Assembly (NCBI GenBank): GCA_013416795.1
Contig: RQSC01000523.1
Span: forward strand, 176,983-240,982
Origin: Prasinococcaceae sp. CCMP 1430
Lineage: Eukaryota; Plantae; Prasinodermophyta
Reading direction: 5' to 3'
DNA length: 64,000 nucleotides
Below, piece after piece: positions 10,823 through 21,816 of the stretch. The notes beneath the pieces are model-generated. The model ran no database searches. It worked only from the letters and a program-made list of their open reading frames with translations, and had not been told where the DNA came from. Position 1 is the stretch's first letter; each line of letters opens with the position of its first letter. The position numbers and the translations under genes were made by a program.

Positions 10823-12055
10823 ATGGTGATCGACTACTCGCGCTTCGAAGCGCTCGAGCTGTCGAGCGACGACGAGGCCCCCGCCAACGAGGCCGATGCC
10901 CTCGCGGCGGGCATCGCGACCGCCGACACGGCCGAATACGGCAGCATGCGAGCCGCGACCCATGCGGCGCTGGCGCGCGGCGCTGCGGCCGAGGAGGTCG
11001 GGCGCGCGCTCCGGGGCGCGAGTGCGCCCGGCGACGCACTCGCGAGGCTGCACGCGCTCGGCGCTGCCGCGCGGAGCAAAGCGGACGCAGGCGCGCGAGA
11101 CCCGTCCCCCGGCGGAAACGAAGACGTCAGGGCAGCTGCCGAGGCGGCCTTCCGCGCGGGCGCGACCAAGGAGGCCGTTATGCGCGCCCTCCAGGGAGCC
11201 GACACGCCCGAGAAGGCGCTCGCCGCGCTCGCAGACGTCGAGCGCGCCGCGCGCGCCGCGCCGCGCGACGGCGAGAGTGAGTGGGAGCGAGAGGCGCGGG
11301 AGGGAGAGGGGCGGCAAGCGCAGGCGTCCACGTCTGACGGCGACGGTGCGAGCGGCAGCGGGCGGGCAGGCGCAGGCAGCAGCGGCGGCAGCAGCGGCGG
11401 TGGCGGCGCGCGCGTCACCCTCCCCGTCGACCCGTCGACACTCGAGCGCTGGCCAGAGGAGCTCGCCGTGCATCCCCGATGGATCGCGCACTCCTTCGCG
11501 CCGCACGAGCGCTCACTCGCCGAGGCCGAGTCTGAGCTGCGACAGACGCTCATGCTCATCGCGGGCGCGTACTCGGGCTGCGTTGAGGGCGGTGAGATCG
11601 ACGAGACCGACACGCGCGCGCGCCCCGAGGCACGCGTGGCGTGCTTCACGCTGCAAAACGAGGATCGCAGCATGGGGGTGGTCGTCGAGGTGGTCGGCGC
11701 GCGCCGCTGCACGGCCGACGGCGCCCCGCTACTCGAGGTGATGTGGGCGCAGCACACCCGCAGGCAGGTCGAGGCGGACGGCCTGCTCGCGGCGGGCCTC
11801 GCAACCATGTTCGAGCGCATGAAACGCACCGAGGGAGGCGGTGGCGGCGTCACGCCCATCGCGGCGACCGCCGACGAGATTGAGCTGCTGACGGCGATGC
11901 TCGAGCGAAATCAGTGCGCGCTGCCACGGACGTACGTGGCCTCACAGCTCGTCGGGCGCGAGTTCGTGCTGCAGTGCTCGTTTGTCGTGCCGCCGCTTTG
12001 CGCCACACACGAGGCGGTGCTGGCAGCGCCCGCGCGGGCGGCTGCGCCAGAGTAG
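10823..12055 (+). CDS. Uncharacterised protein with N-terminal IDYSRF..ELSSDDE motif
   Basis: Long ORF with gene-like GC3 bias. The N-terminus resembles the DYSKWD..E.SDDE motif at the start of Cdc37 and related co-chaperone-like proteins. Confidence 0.6.
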   Translation: MVIDYSRFEALELSSDDEAPANEADALAAGIATADTAEYGSMRAATHAALARGAAAEEVGRALRGASAPGDALARLHALGAAARSKADAGARDPSPGGNEDVRAAAEAAFRAGATKEAVMRALQGADTPEKALAALADVERAARAAPRDGESEWEREAREGEGRQAQASTSDGDGASGSGRAGAGSSGGSSGGGGARVTLPVDPSTLERWPEELAVHPRWIAHSFAPHERSLAEAESELRQTLMLIAGAYSGCVEGGEIDETDTRARPEARVACFTLQNEDRSMGVVVEVVGARRCTADGAPLLEVMWAQHTRRQVEADGLLAAGLATMFERMKRTEGGGGGVTPIAATADEIELLTAMLERNQCALPRTYVASQLVGREFVLQCSFVVPPLCATHEAVLAAPARAAAPE

Positions 12056-12262
12056 GCCGCGGGCGCGCCGGACAGTGACACGATGCGTCGTGAGCCGTCG
12101 GTGGCGGCGCTCTACGCTCACACAGCGCGCGCGCGCGCGCGCGCGCACTGCCGCCGCGGAGAGAAGTAATCAACACTGCTCGGCCTTCAAGTCACGCGAC
12201 GCACGCCACTCGCTCGACGCGCGGGCGTCTGCGCGCGATCCAGCAGATGCCCGCACTACCGC

Positions 12263-13318
12263 TTAGCAGATGCCCGAACTGTCTGAAATGCCACTGCACA
12301 GGTCGTCATCATCTTCGCCGAGGTCGACGTCGTCGATGCTGTCGTATCCGGCAGGCCTGGCCACGTCGGAATCCAATCGACCCAGTGTCTCCTTGGCGAG
12401 GTCACGCCTGGCCGCACGCTCGTCGGCGCCCGCACGAATGCGGAAGCTCGCGCGCGAGCCGCGCAGCTGGTCCTCGATCTTGTCGTACGTGTCGCTCCGC
12501 GCGGAGGCGTTGCACACGTAGAGGTTGTTGCCCACGAAGGTCGCCGCCATGATGTTGCCTTTCTTGACATCGTAGCCTGTCCGCGTGATGGTCGTCGAGG
12601 TGAACTCGATGCTGAAGTACTCACGCTCGTCGCCGTCGTAGGTGACGCGCTCGCACCTGATCTTCGAGGGAAGGAATTGCCGCCCGTTGCCCGAGTAGCC
12701 GCCCTGCTCGGGCGCGATGGCCGCCAGGGCTGCCGCCTCGGCGACCTCCTTGTCAATCACCTCGGGCCAGCTGGGCAGGAACTTGCGCGCGTCGACCACG
12801 TCAACGGTCACGCGGTCCGCGGTGCGGAAGTTGCCCGCGCTCACGCCCGGCCGCTGGCCGTTGGGACGCAGGACCCAGCCCTTGGGGTACGCGAACACGT
12901 AGTCTGCGAGCGCGCGGACACTCGGCACGCTGCGTCAGCACGAAGCTCGCGACGGGGCTGGGCGCCAGCGGGCGCTGCGACTCTCGCCCGCCCAGCGCGC
13001 GCGCGGGCGCACGCACCGTCGTCGTAGTTGTCGTAGAACGCGTACTCGTCGGCCGTCTCCTTGAGGTTGTTGGGAAGGAAATAGCCAGAGAGCACCGAGT
13101 TGGCCAGCTCGCCGCCATTGCTGATCACCGAGTTCTCACCGCCGGTGTACTGGCTTGGGGGTGCGTAGCCGTACATCGTCGCCAGCGCAGGCAGAAACGA
13201 GCGCAGCACGGTGGCGCGTCCGACGCGCGCCCCCTCGGGCTTGCCCTCATCCTTGACCGCGCGCTCACGCCGCTCAGCGCGCGCGCGCGAGCGCCGCGCG
13301 GCGGGTGCTGCGCGCCGG
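12263..13318 (-). CDS. PsbP-domain (PPD-like) thylakoid lumen protein; 5' end in N gap; intron about 12915-13015
   Basis: DYVFAYPKGW, followed by EYFSIEFTS...GNIMAATFVGNNLYVCNASARSDTYDKIEDQLRGSRASFRI, which is typical of the PsbP/Mog1 fold C-terminus. Confidence 0.65.
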
Positions 13319-13662
13319 NNNNNNNNNNNNNNNNNNNNNNNNNNNNNNNNNNNNNNNNNNNNNNNNNNNNNNNNNNNNNNNNNNNNNNNNNNNNNNNNNN
13401 NNNNNNNNNNNNNNNNNNNNNNNNNNNNNNNNNNNNNNNNNNNNNNNNNNNNNNNNNNNNNNNNNNNNNNNNNNNNNNNNNNNNNNNNNNNNNNNNNNNN
13501 NNNNNNNNNNNNNNNNNNNNNNNNNNNNNNNNNNNNNNNNNNNNNNNNNNNNNNNNNNNNNNNNNNNNNNNNNNNNNNNNNNNNNNNNNNNNNNNNNNNN
13601 NNNNNNNNNNNNNCGCGCGCCGGCCGTCCGGCGCCGCGCGCGGACCCCGCGGCCCGGCGGCC

Positions 13663-14266
13663 ATGTCGCTGCCGCTCGTCAAGCTCGCCAGCCTCGCGGT
13701 GAAGACCGCGTCGAAGCCGCTCGCGAACAGGATCAAGAGTCAGTTGAAGGAGTCGCCCGTGTGGCAGGGTCGCGCCCTCTCGTTCATGCAGTGGTACCAC
13801 CGGACCTCGATAAATGCGCAGCGCTCGATGGCGGGCTACTCCGACGACAAAGAGGTCAAGCCTATGAGTGAGACCCGCGCCGTGTCGGAGTTCGCCGACA
13901 TGGTCGGCGAAGGCTTCGTCTTCGGTGTCGCGCTCGCGCTGGTCATATGGGAGAACTCGCGCAAGGCGTCCAGCGACGACAAGGCGCGCAAGGCAGGGCT
14001 GGCTGCGGACAAGGTGCGAACGCGCGCGCCCTTAACTATCACCTCTGCACACGAACATGGCATTAGCAGCGCTGACTCCCACCTTCTCTCGTTGGGCTCG
14101 ACAGGACCACAACTACCGGCTCGCGATATTGGAGGCTCACACGGAGCGCACCGAACAGCGGCTGGAGAACATCGAGCTGCTCCTACTGAAGCGAGAGGAG
14201 GAGCTCGAGGCTGCCAAGGCCCGCCGCTCGAAGTGGTTCGGATTCTCGGCGCGAACAGCCACGTAA
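13663..14266 (+). CDS. OPA3: OPA3-like mitochondrial protein; intron 14014-14104
   Basis: MSLPLVKLASLAVKTASKPLANRIK, KPMSETRAV and GEGFVFGVA..LVIWE, then a coiled-coil tail after AAG|GTGCGA...ACAG|GAC. Confidence 0.88.
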
Positions 14267-14387
14267 TATGACTCTCCGGGGCACTACCCATTTTTTTGGT
14301 CCTCCTCGTCAACCCGGCGCGTGCCCGCCGGCGCCTGCGCCGGGGCTGCACATCGTCGCCCGCCGCCTTCCTCCTCCCCAGCCTATC

Positions 14388-14436
<49 letters not shown>

Positions 14437-14960
14437 TAGAGTCTCGTCCTCGCGCGCGGCTGACCCCAGGACGCGGGCTGGAGCGTGCGGGCGCCTCCCG
14501 GGCAGCGGCCGTCCATGCCGCCGCGCGCTCGGCCGTCGCGCGCTCCACACCAACAAGGGCAGGCGACGAAAATCGCACAACCGACATATTTGAGGTCACC
14601 CCTTCGAAATTCGCAGAGGGTCTGATACGTCCATTTGACCGTTGAAAATTGTTGGAAGCACGCCAATTTGGGATTGCCTTTCCGCTGAGTGTGGCGTCTA
14701 TGCGTGCAGAACCATGGCAAAGACGCGCGCGTCGCTATTTTTGAACGGCGACAAGTCGCGGCCCGCCCGCGGCGCGGCGGCGGGGGGCGCGCGCGGGGCG
14801 CCCTCGGCGCCACGCACGCTCGCCCGCGGCGGCGGCGGCGGCGACGGCCGCGGGGGGCTAGGGGCGGAGGAGAGAGGGCCGCTCGACGCGCGCCGCGCGA
14901 TTCGCGCCAGTGCGCTGGCGCACGCGAGGAGGGTCGGCCACAAGCGAGGTGAGGGGCGTC

Positions 14961-17900
14961 ATGTGGTGCAGCACACCACCGGGCATGCGCCGCGCGTCGA
15001 TAGACACGAGCGAGGCAAGTCTGCTGTCGGAGGAGGTGTCAGGGGCCACCTTGGTGGGCACCCCCAAATCACCGCTCGAGACGACCCCGATATCGCGCAA
15101 GGATAAGCGCTGCACCGGCGTCAACGATGAGAACGCTGGCGATGCCAACGCGCAGGAACGGCCCGAGATGCGCGCGCAGGCTGCTGGGGACGCGGCACAG
15201 AGAGGCAGCGGCGGAACACCCGCGGCTCTCACTGCAGCGCTGGCAGCGCTCGCCACGCCAATCGCAAAAAAGACCGTCGCAGAGAGCGACGCCGAGGACT
15301 CTGAACCTGAGGCCGAGGCGGATGCGTGGCTCGCCGAGGGCGAAGATGCCAATTGCCGCGATGAAGATGAGCTCGCCAGGCTTGGCGCAGAGGTGCTCGC
15401 GGGCAAGCTTCGGACGGCTGAGGCCTTCCGCGCTGCGGCGTGCCGCGAGCGCGATGCCTTCCGCGAGCGGTTGCGCTGCGCCCGCACCGCGCTGCAGGCG
15501 CTGGAGGGGCCGTTGCAGCAGCGCGTTGTTACTCTCGAGAGCGCTGTCAGCGCGGCAAAGGAGGAGGCCGCAGCGGCGCGCACGGAGGCAGAGGAGGCGC
15601 AAGCCGCGCGTGAAAAGGCCGAGGCCTCGCTCAAGAGCCGCGACAAAGCGCTGAGCGTGCAGGCAGGCCTCCTGGAGGAGAAGGAAGAGGAAGTGGAGGA
15701 TCTCAAAGAGGAGATGAAGACGACCCTCGCGCAGGCCATGGGCGCAGCGCAGTCGCTGCAGACGCTCTATGAGGAGAAGGAGGAGTTGGCAATCGACCAG
15801 AGCAAGCGCGCTGACAAGCTCGAGGAGACCATGAAGGCGGCCGCTCAGGACTTCAAGGACAAGCGTCAGCTCCACTTTGCCGATATGGACCGAGTTGCGT
15901 CTGAATTGCAGCACGAGCGCTCCCTGCGGTCGGAGCTCCAGGCTGAACTCGAGCAGCTGCGCCAGCAACACGCCGAGGGAGCAGCGGGTGCCGAAAAGAG
16001 CGCCATCATGTTTGCGGAGGAGGCCGAGGAACTTGAGGTTGAGCTCAAGAAGGAGCGTGCGCGGCGGGAGGCGTCTGAGGTCCAGCTCGCTCAGTTTCGC
16101 GATAAGCTCATTGTCGCGGAGAAGGACGCTGCAGCGGCGAAGGAAGCGTCCGGGGTCGAGCTCGCCCAGCTTCGCGACAAGCTCGTTGTCGCGGAGAAGG
16201 ACGCTGCAGCGGCGAAGGAGGCGTCCGGGGTCGAGCTCGCCCAGCTTCGCGACAAGCTCGTTGTCGCGGAGGAGGACGCTGCAGCGGCGAAGCAGACGCA
16301 GGAAAAGTCTGAGGTAGCCGTCGCCGAGGGCAGCGCGCGTGTGCGGGCACTCAACGCAGATATTCAAGAGCTGAAGGAGCAGCTGGCGGCCGCGGAAGCC
16401 TCCGCCAAGACTGCTGAGACGGCTGCCATAGCCGCTGAGGCGGCAATCGAAGAGAGCGCTGGGGCCGGAAGCAAAGCTGAGGCACGTGCGACTGATCTCG
16501 AGATTGAGGTGAAGCAGCTCAACGAGCAGCTTAGTGCCGAGCGCAGCCGCTCGGAAGAGCTTCAAGGCGCGTTGCAAGACTCGCAAACAGCGATTGAGCA
16601 CCTCGAGGCCGGGATGGCTTCCGCCAACGATGCCCGCGAGCGCTCCGAGGCGCGCGCGGACGAGATCGACAGCGCACTGGAGCGCGTCACAGGCGCATTG
16701 GAGACGACCAAAGCAGAACTTGCAACAACAGGCACCAAGGCTGCTGAAGCGACCTCCGAGGCGGATGAGCTGCGGCAGGAGCTAGACACGCTCCACGAGG
16801 AGCTTGCGGGCGTGCAAGCTGAGGCGGACGGCGCGCGAGCACTCGTCCAGAATGCCGAGGTGGAGGCTGAGAAGGCACGCGGGGAGGCGGCCGAGGCCAA
16901 GCGGGCCTTGGAGACGAACGCCGCTGCTGAGCACCAGAATCATCGGCAGCTTCGCGAAGAGCTCGCTGCGAGCTTGAAGGCTTCTGAAGCGTTAGAGGCG
17001 GAGGCCAAGGATATGCTTGCAAGCGCGCGTGCAGAGACAATCCAGGCGCAGAAAGAGGCTGAGCGCGCGCGCTCGGCCTTGGCGATCGCAGAAGAGGACG
17101 CTTGCAAAGCTCGTGCCGAGGTCACTGAGATGCGCTCTGAGCTGTCGCGGGAGGTGGGTGCTGTTGCGGGAGAGATAGATGAGCTCACTACTGCCGCCGA
17201 GAGCGAGCGCGCGGCAGCAGCCGCTGCTGCAGCTGAGGCCGAGGCCTTCGCGGATCAGTTAAAAGCGAGCAAGGACGAGTGCGTGACGCTACGTGGAGAG
17301 CTTTTCAGCCTTCGCGCAGAACACCAAATGGCGCTGGTCGTGAGCTCGCTTGCGGCGGCCGCGGCGAAGGAGGCCGAGAATGAAGCGCGACGCGATAACG
17401 GTGTGGCCCGCGCATCGGCACAGGTGGTGGCCGCGGCCGCCGCCGCTTCGGAGGAGTCGGCGAGCAAGGCGCTCGAAAAAGCGCGAGCTGAGACCGCTAC
17501 AGTCGAAGAGGCTCTGAAGGAGACCGAGGAGAGACTCAGGCAGGCCGAAGAGCGCGCAGCCGCCACCGACGACCTCGAGGCTGAGCTCGTGACCCTTCGC
17601 CGCCTCGCTGCGAGCGAGGGCAGCGAGGGAAATGCGCTGGAGGCAGCCTCACTCGAGATCGAGCTTGCGCGCGTGCAATCGCAGCTTGCCTCGTCGGAGG
17701 ATGCCCGCAAGCACGCGGAGCGGCAGGCTACCGAGGCCGAGGAGGCACTTGGCAATGCGGCCGCGCGCGTTCAGCACCATGCTCGCCTCAAGCGCGAGGC
17801 TGAGGTCGCCAGGAAGGCCGCCGCTGAAGCCAGTGCCGAGGTTGCGGCAATGCGCGCGCTGCTTCTTGCTTTGAGCAAGGAGGGCGCGCGGCGCGAGCAG

Positions 17901-18293
17901 GGTGCCTCGATGCCGCGTGGGCGCGTCAGCAGTGGCCTTGGCGGAGGCAAGCGACAGATGCCCAGGGTGTTTAGCGAGATCGTGCGGCGCTGCGAGGGAG
18001 GTTCACGGCCAAAGGCGAAGACCCAGGGCGCAGGGCAGGAGGTTCCGGGCAGCAGATCGACCGCTCCTGGCGCTGCGCGACGCCTCGTTGGTGGCAAGTC
18101 CGTCCAGAGCTCGGCATCCGCTGCTAGTAGAGCTCCGCTGGGCGCACCAGAGGAGGCGCTGGTCACTGCAGCAGTGATGACCCTGCGGGGATCGTCCGTG
18201 CGCGGGTCCTCCGTGACCAAGCCCATGGGGGCCGCAGAGCGGCCACCCGCGTTGAAGCGGCCCAACGCTGGCGCAACGCGCGCCTTCATTTGA
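14961..18293 (+). CDS. Long coiled-coil protein (about 1100 aa) of unknown function
   Basis: Uninterrupted E/A/K/L-rich heptad sequence; no catalytic motif seen. Confidence 0.75.
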   Translation: MWCSTPPGMRRASIDTSEASLLSEEVSGATLVGTPKSPLETTPISRKDKRCTGVNDENAGDANAQERPEMRAQAAGDAAQRGSGGTPAALTAALAALATPIAKKTVAESDAEDSEPEAEADAWLAEGEDANCRDEDELARLGAEVLAGKLRTAEAFRAAACRERDAFRERLRCARTALQALEGPLQQRVVTLESAVSAAKEEAAAARTEAEEAQAAREKAEASLKSRDKALSVQAGLLEEKEEEVEDLKEEMKTTLAQAMGAAQSLQTLYEEKEELAIDQSKRADKLEETMKAAAQDFKDKRQLHFADMDRVASELQHERSLRSELQAELEQLRQQHAEGAAGAEKSAIMFAEEAEELEVELKKERARREASEVQLAQFRDKLIVAEKDAAAAKEASGVELAQLRDKLVVAEKDAAAAKEASGVELAQLRDKLVVAEEDAAAAKQTQEKSEVAVAEGSARVRALNADIQELKEQLAAAEASAKTAETAAIAAEAAIEESAGAGSKAEARATDLEIEVKQLNEQLSAERSRSEELQGALQDSQTAIEHLEAGMASANDARERSEARADEIDSALERVTGALETTKAELATTGTKAAEATSEADELRQELDTLHEELAGVQAEADGARALVQNAEVEAEKARGEAAEAKRALETNAAAEHQNHRQLREELAASLKASEALEAEAKDMLASARAETIQAQKEAERARSALAIAEEDACKARAEVTEMRSELSREVGAVAGEIDELTTAAESERAAAAAAAAEAEAFADQLKASKDECVTLRGELFSLRAEHQMALVVSSLAAAAAKEAENEARRDNGVARASAQVVAAAAAASEESASKALEKARAETATVEEALKETEERLRQAEERAAATDDLEAELVTLRRLAASEGSEGNALEAASLEIELARVQSQLASSEDARKHAERQATEAEEALGNAAARVQHHARLKREAEVARKAAAEASAEVAAMRALLLALSKEGARREQGASMPRGRVSSGLGGGKRQMPRVFSEIVRRCEGGSRPKAKTQGAGQEVPGSRSTAPGAARRLVGGKSVQSSASAASRAPLGAPEEALVTAAVMTLRGSSVRGSSVTKPMGAAERPPALKRPNAGATRAFI
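16070..16295 (+). repeat. 75-nt coding tandem repeat x3 (ASGVELAQLRDKLVVAEKDAAAAKE)
   Basis: Three near-identical units are visible in both DNA and protein. Confidence 0.85.
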
Positions 18294-18433
18294 AGCGCGA
18301 GCCGTGCTCAACACGCGCGGGCGCCGCACTGGCGTCGAACGCGCACACTTGAATAACATTCTGCGGTGGAGAGGGAATGCATGTCCATTACTGTAAGTTG
18401 TGGTATTGTCGTACTACGCGGGCCCGTCACTAC

Positions 18434-19727
18434 CTACTGATCCCGCGCACCCAGAACGAGGCTGCGCAGCTTTCTCGCCTGCGACCGAGCTCGAAGCGTA
18501 CCAGCAGGGCCTTCAGGCGCCGAGAGTACTTCTGGGGGCTCCTCGCCGTCCACGAGATCTGCCTTTGCGACCATGTGTTCGATTTTGCGCATCCGATCCT
18601 CGTTCTCGCGCCGCAGCTCCTCTTCGCGCCAGCTCGCCTCGAGCTTGCCGCGGTACTGCCGAAGGTCATCAAGCTCTGGTGGCTCCGCGTCCGCGGCGGT
18701 GAGCGCGTCAGTGGACGCCTCTAGCGCCTCCGTGAGTGTGACTACGTCCTGCTCGAGGCACTCTCGCTCCTCCTCGAGCGCTGTGCGAAGCGCCGTCGCC
18801 ATCGACGAGATGCTCTCCACGCCGAGTCTCCCAGCCACGTGCTCCCCATCGGCACCGCCACTTTCACTCCCATCCTTGCCATCGATGGCTTTGCTCAGCA
18901 GCGACGCGACTGAGACGTCACCGAGGCCGCCGCCGAGGCCTCCGCCGCTAGGGTCACGGGAGAGACCTGAGGCGCCCGTGCCGGGTCTGCTGCCCCCCCG
19001 GCTACTGCCGCCGGTGTTTGGGCGAGTGCCACCCCAGCTCAGCGAACCACCGCTGCTGCACCTGCTCGTGGGCCTGCTGCCACCTGCGGTGCTCGGCCTC
19101 GTGGCAACGCTCTCTTTAGCGAGCACGTACTCGAGCATTTGCCTCTCGCGCGATGAGCTACGCTCCGCTGCCGCGGGCTGCTGCAGCGCGCCCAGCCCAA
19201 GCATCACCTGGCCGCTCGTGCCACCCACGTCGCTGCTGCCGGCACTCGGCGTCGCACTGGTGGGCCTGCTGCTGCTACCGCTCGCCCCGTCCTCTCGGCG
19301 CGGGGGCCCGTTCGCCTGCATCTGTATGGCGCGCACGAGCATGCGAATCTCGCCCTCGACGGCGTCGCGTGCGGGCCGTTCGGCGAGGCGGCGGCGCGCG
19401 GTGTTTGAAGCTATTGCCTCCTCTACGCGCGCGTCGCATTCACCCAGAATTGACGCGAGCGCCTCGACCTCGTCCCAGAGGCTGGCATTAACACTTAGCT
19501 GCCTTTCACCGCCCAGAGCGCGCACGACCTCGGCGCGCTCTGCAGGCGGCACAAGCGGCGCCAGCTGCCTTTCCCATAGCAGGCTGTGCACGAGTCGCAA
19601 GTGTCCCGCTGCGACATCGGCCGCTGAGCCCGCTCCGCCAGCGCTCGCTGTGGCGTCAGCAGGCGCGCCGCCGCTGGCGGACGTGTCCTCATTAAAGAAC
19701 GCAATGCCGCCGTCTTGCTCCGCCTGA
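18434..19727 (-). CDS. CCDC24-like coiled-coil protein; no own start codon found
   Basis: SLLWERQL...PPAERAEVVRALG...SLWDEVEALASIL, EIRMLV and LGVESISSMATALRTALEEERECLEQDVVTL resemble the recalled CCDC24 blocks. Confidence 0.6.
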
Positions 19728-19835
19728 GCCGGCCCGCCCGCCCTCGGCGACGCCGGCGGCCGGGGCTCGCGGCGGTCGTCGCCTGCGACGGCCTCGCGCG
19801 GCCACCGCCGATTCGGAGGGGTCTCGTGCGGAGCG

Positions 19836-19879
<44 letters not shown>

Positions 19880-19899
19880 CGGCGGCCGCCGCCGCGCGC

Positions 19900-21157
19900 T
19901 CACAGCAGGGCGGCGCCGGCCTCGTCCGTCAGCCACGTGAGGCTGCCGTCCGCGGGCACCACCTCCGCGGCGGGCAGGAGCACGCCGTCGCGCTCGCCGG
20001 GGCCGAAGACGTCCGCCAGCACCTGCGCCTTGCCCTCGCCCGCCGCGACGAAGACGATGTCCTGCGCCGCGCACAGGCACGGCATCGTGAGCGTGATGCG
20101 CCCCGGCGGAGGCTTGGGCGAGTCCTCGATGAAGGCAACTGCCCTGTCCTCGACGTCCATCAGGGGGTGGCCAGGGAAGAGGCTCGCGCAGTGGCCGTCG
20201 GGGCCAACGCCCTGGCGACGAAAGCGACGCCGCGCGCCACGTCAGTCAGCAACATCGGCTCGACCAGCCAAGCGAGAGCGAGCGCCGCCCGCACGCGAAC
20301 TTACCAGCAGCACGCAGTCCAGCCTCGGCATCACCGGGAGGTCGCTGTCCTTGCCATCCTCGCCCACCTTCATGCTCGAAACGACGCCGCTGGCCATGGC
20401 ATCGCGCAGCTTCGCCTCGTATCGCTCGGCCTCCTCGGCAGGGCTCAGGCCGCCATCGATGGTGTGGATCTGCGCCGCCGGAATGCCGGCCGCGTCGAGG
20501 AAGGCCTCGAACGCCCCGCGCGCGTTGGAGTCCTCGTGGTCCAAAGGAACGCACCGCTCTGCGCAGCGCGCGCCGCGTGCAGGTCGGGTCAGCGCCGGAG
20601 CGCGTCGCGCTGGCCGACAACACGCGGCACACTGTCCGAGCCGAATTCGCAGGCGCGCGTGCGCGCCGGCGGGCGCACGCGCACGCACGCAAAGGCGCAC
20701 AGACTGCAGCGCAAAAGCCGAGGGACGTCGCGCACGAGAGCGCGCCCGTCCAGCTCGCCCGCCGCTTCCGCGCTCAGCAGCGCCAGCCGCGCCCGCGCAG
20801 CGCCACGATCGCGCCTCACCGTCAGCCCAGAACACGTGCCACTTGGCAAAGTCGATGCCGTCGCGTCCGGCCAGCTTGCCCAGCGCCTTGACCAGCGAGC
20901 CGCCCGACAGCGCGATCGAGAAGGCACCGCGCGCCGCCACGGCCTCGGCGGCGACCTCGGCGACGTGGTCGGCCAGCGTGGTGGCCGCTTCCGCGCCGTC
21001 CTCGCACACCAGAAAGTTGACCTCCAGGGCGTCCTCCAAGTCCTCGCCCTCGTGCGTGTGCGCGTGCGCGTGCGCCTCGTCGTCCTCCAGGTCCTCCCCT
21101 TCGTAGCTGCCGACGTCCGCCGCCGCCGCGCGCCGCGCGAGGCGCCGCCGCCGCGCG
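19900..21157 (-). CDS. PGL: 6-phosphogluconolactonase (3 or more exons; 5' end in N gap)
   Basis: [15 protein letters not shown]|[17 protein letters not shown]|[29 protein letters not shown] and [11 protein letters not shown]. Confidence 0.93.
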
Positions 21158-21522
21158 NNNNNNNNNNNNNNNNNNNNNNNNNNNNNNNNNNNNNNNNNNN
21201 NNNNNNNNNNNNNNNNNNNNNNNNNNNNNNNNNNNNNCGTGCCGCGGCGGGCGTCGCCATCGGCGGCTCGCGGAGAGTGCCGGGGCGGGAGGGGGGGCTG
21301 CGCGAGCGCGTCGCTGTGGCGCCTGACACAGCGGCAGGAGGAGGGGGGGGGGGGGTGGGGGGGGCGGCATCTGCATCTGCCGTGCGCTTTTCGCCGCAAG
21401 CAGTGAAAATATCTGCGCCGCCTTTGATTTTGATGGGTCTATTCACGCATGCCGATAGGAGATCTGAGTTTGTGTGCGGGAAATTATGCATGTGCCACCG
21501 TTCGGTTTGATGAGAGGTCAAA

Positions 21523-21816
21523 ATGCACCCGATCGCGCGCGCGCGCGCGCACGCGGCCGAGCGCTATGAGAAGAGCGGGGCAGAGGACACGCTCGAGTGC
21601 CTCCGGGAGTTCTTCGAGGCCGTGCGCGCGCGGCAGGCACTGCTCGGTGTGCCGCCGAAGCACCGGACGTACCTGCTTGACATAACGGCCGTGGTGAAAG
21701 ACAACGCGAATAACAAGCCTGTGCCGCTCGGTATTGAGCTGAAGGTCTTCTGCGGCTCTGACAGCATCATCAGGCACTTGGAGATCATGGAGGGCGCAGA
21801 GCGCATGAAAGGCTAA
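21523..21816 (+). CDS. Small hypothetical protein or exon
   Basis: Gene-like codon bias (ERYEKSGAEDTLECLREFF...RHLEIMEG); no family recognised. Confidence 0.35.
   Translation: MHPIARARAHAAERYEKSGAEDTLECLREFFEAVRARQALLGVPPKHRTYLLDITAVVKDNANNKPVPLGIELKVFCGSDSIIRHLEIMEGAERMKG

Noticed and set aside
14389-14436. 48-nt poly-C run
   Set aside because: Long homopolymers are unreliable in draft assemblies and nothing else supports a function, although a G-quadruplex cannot be excluded.
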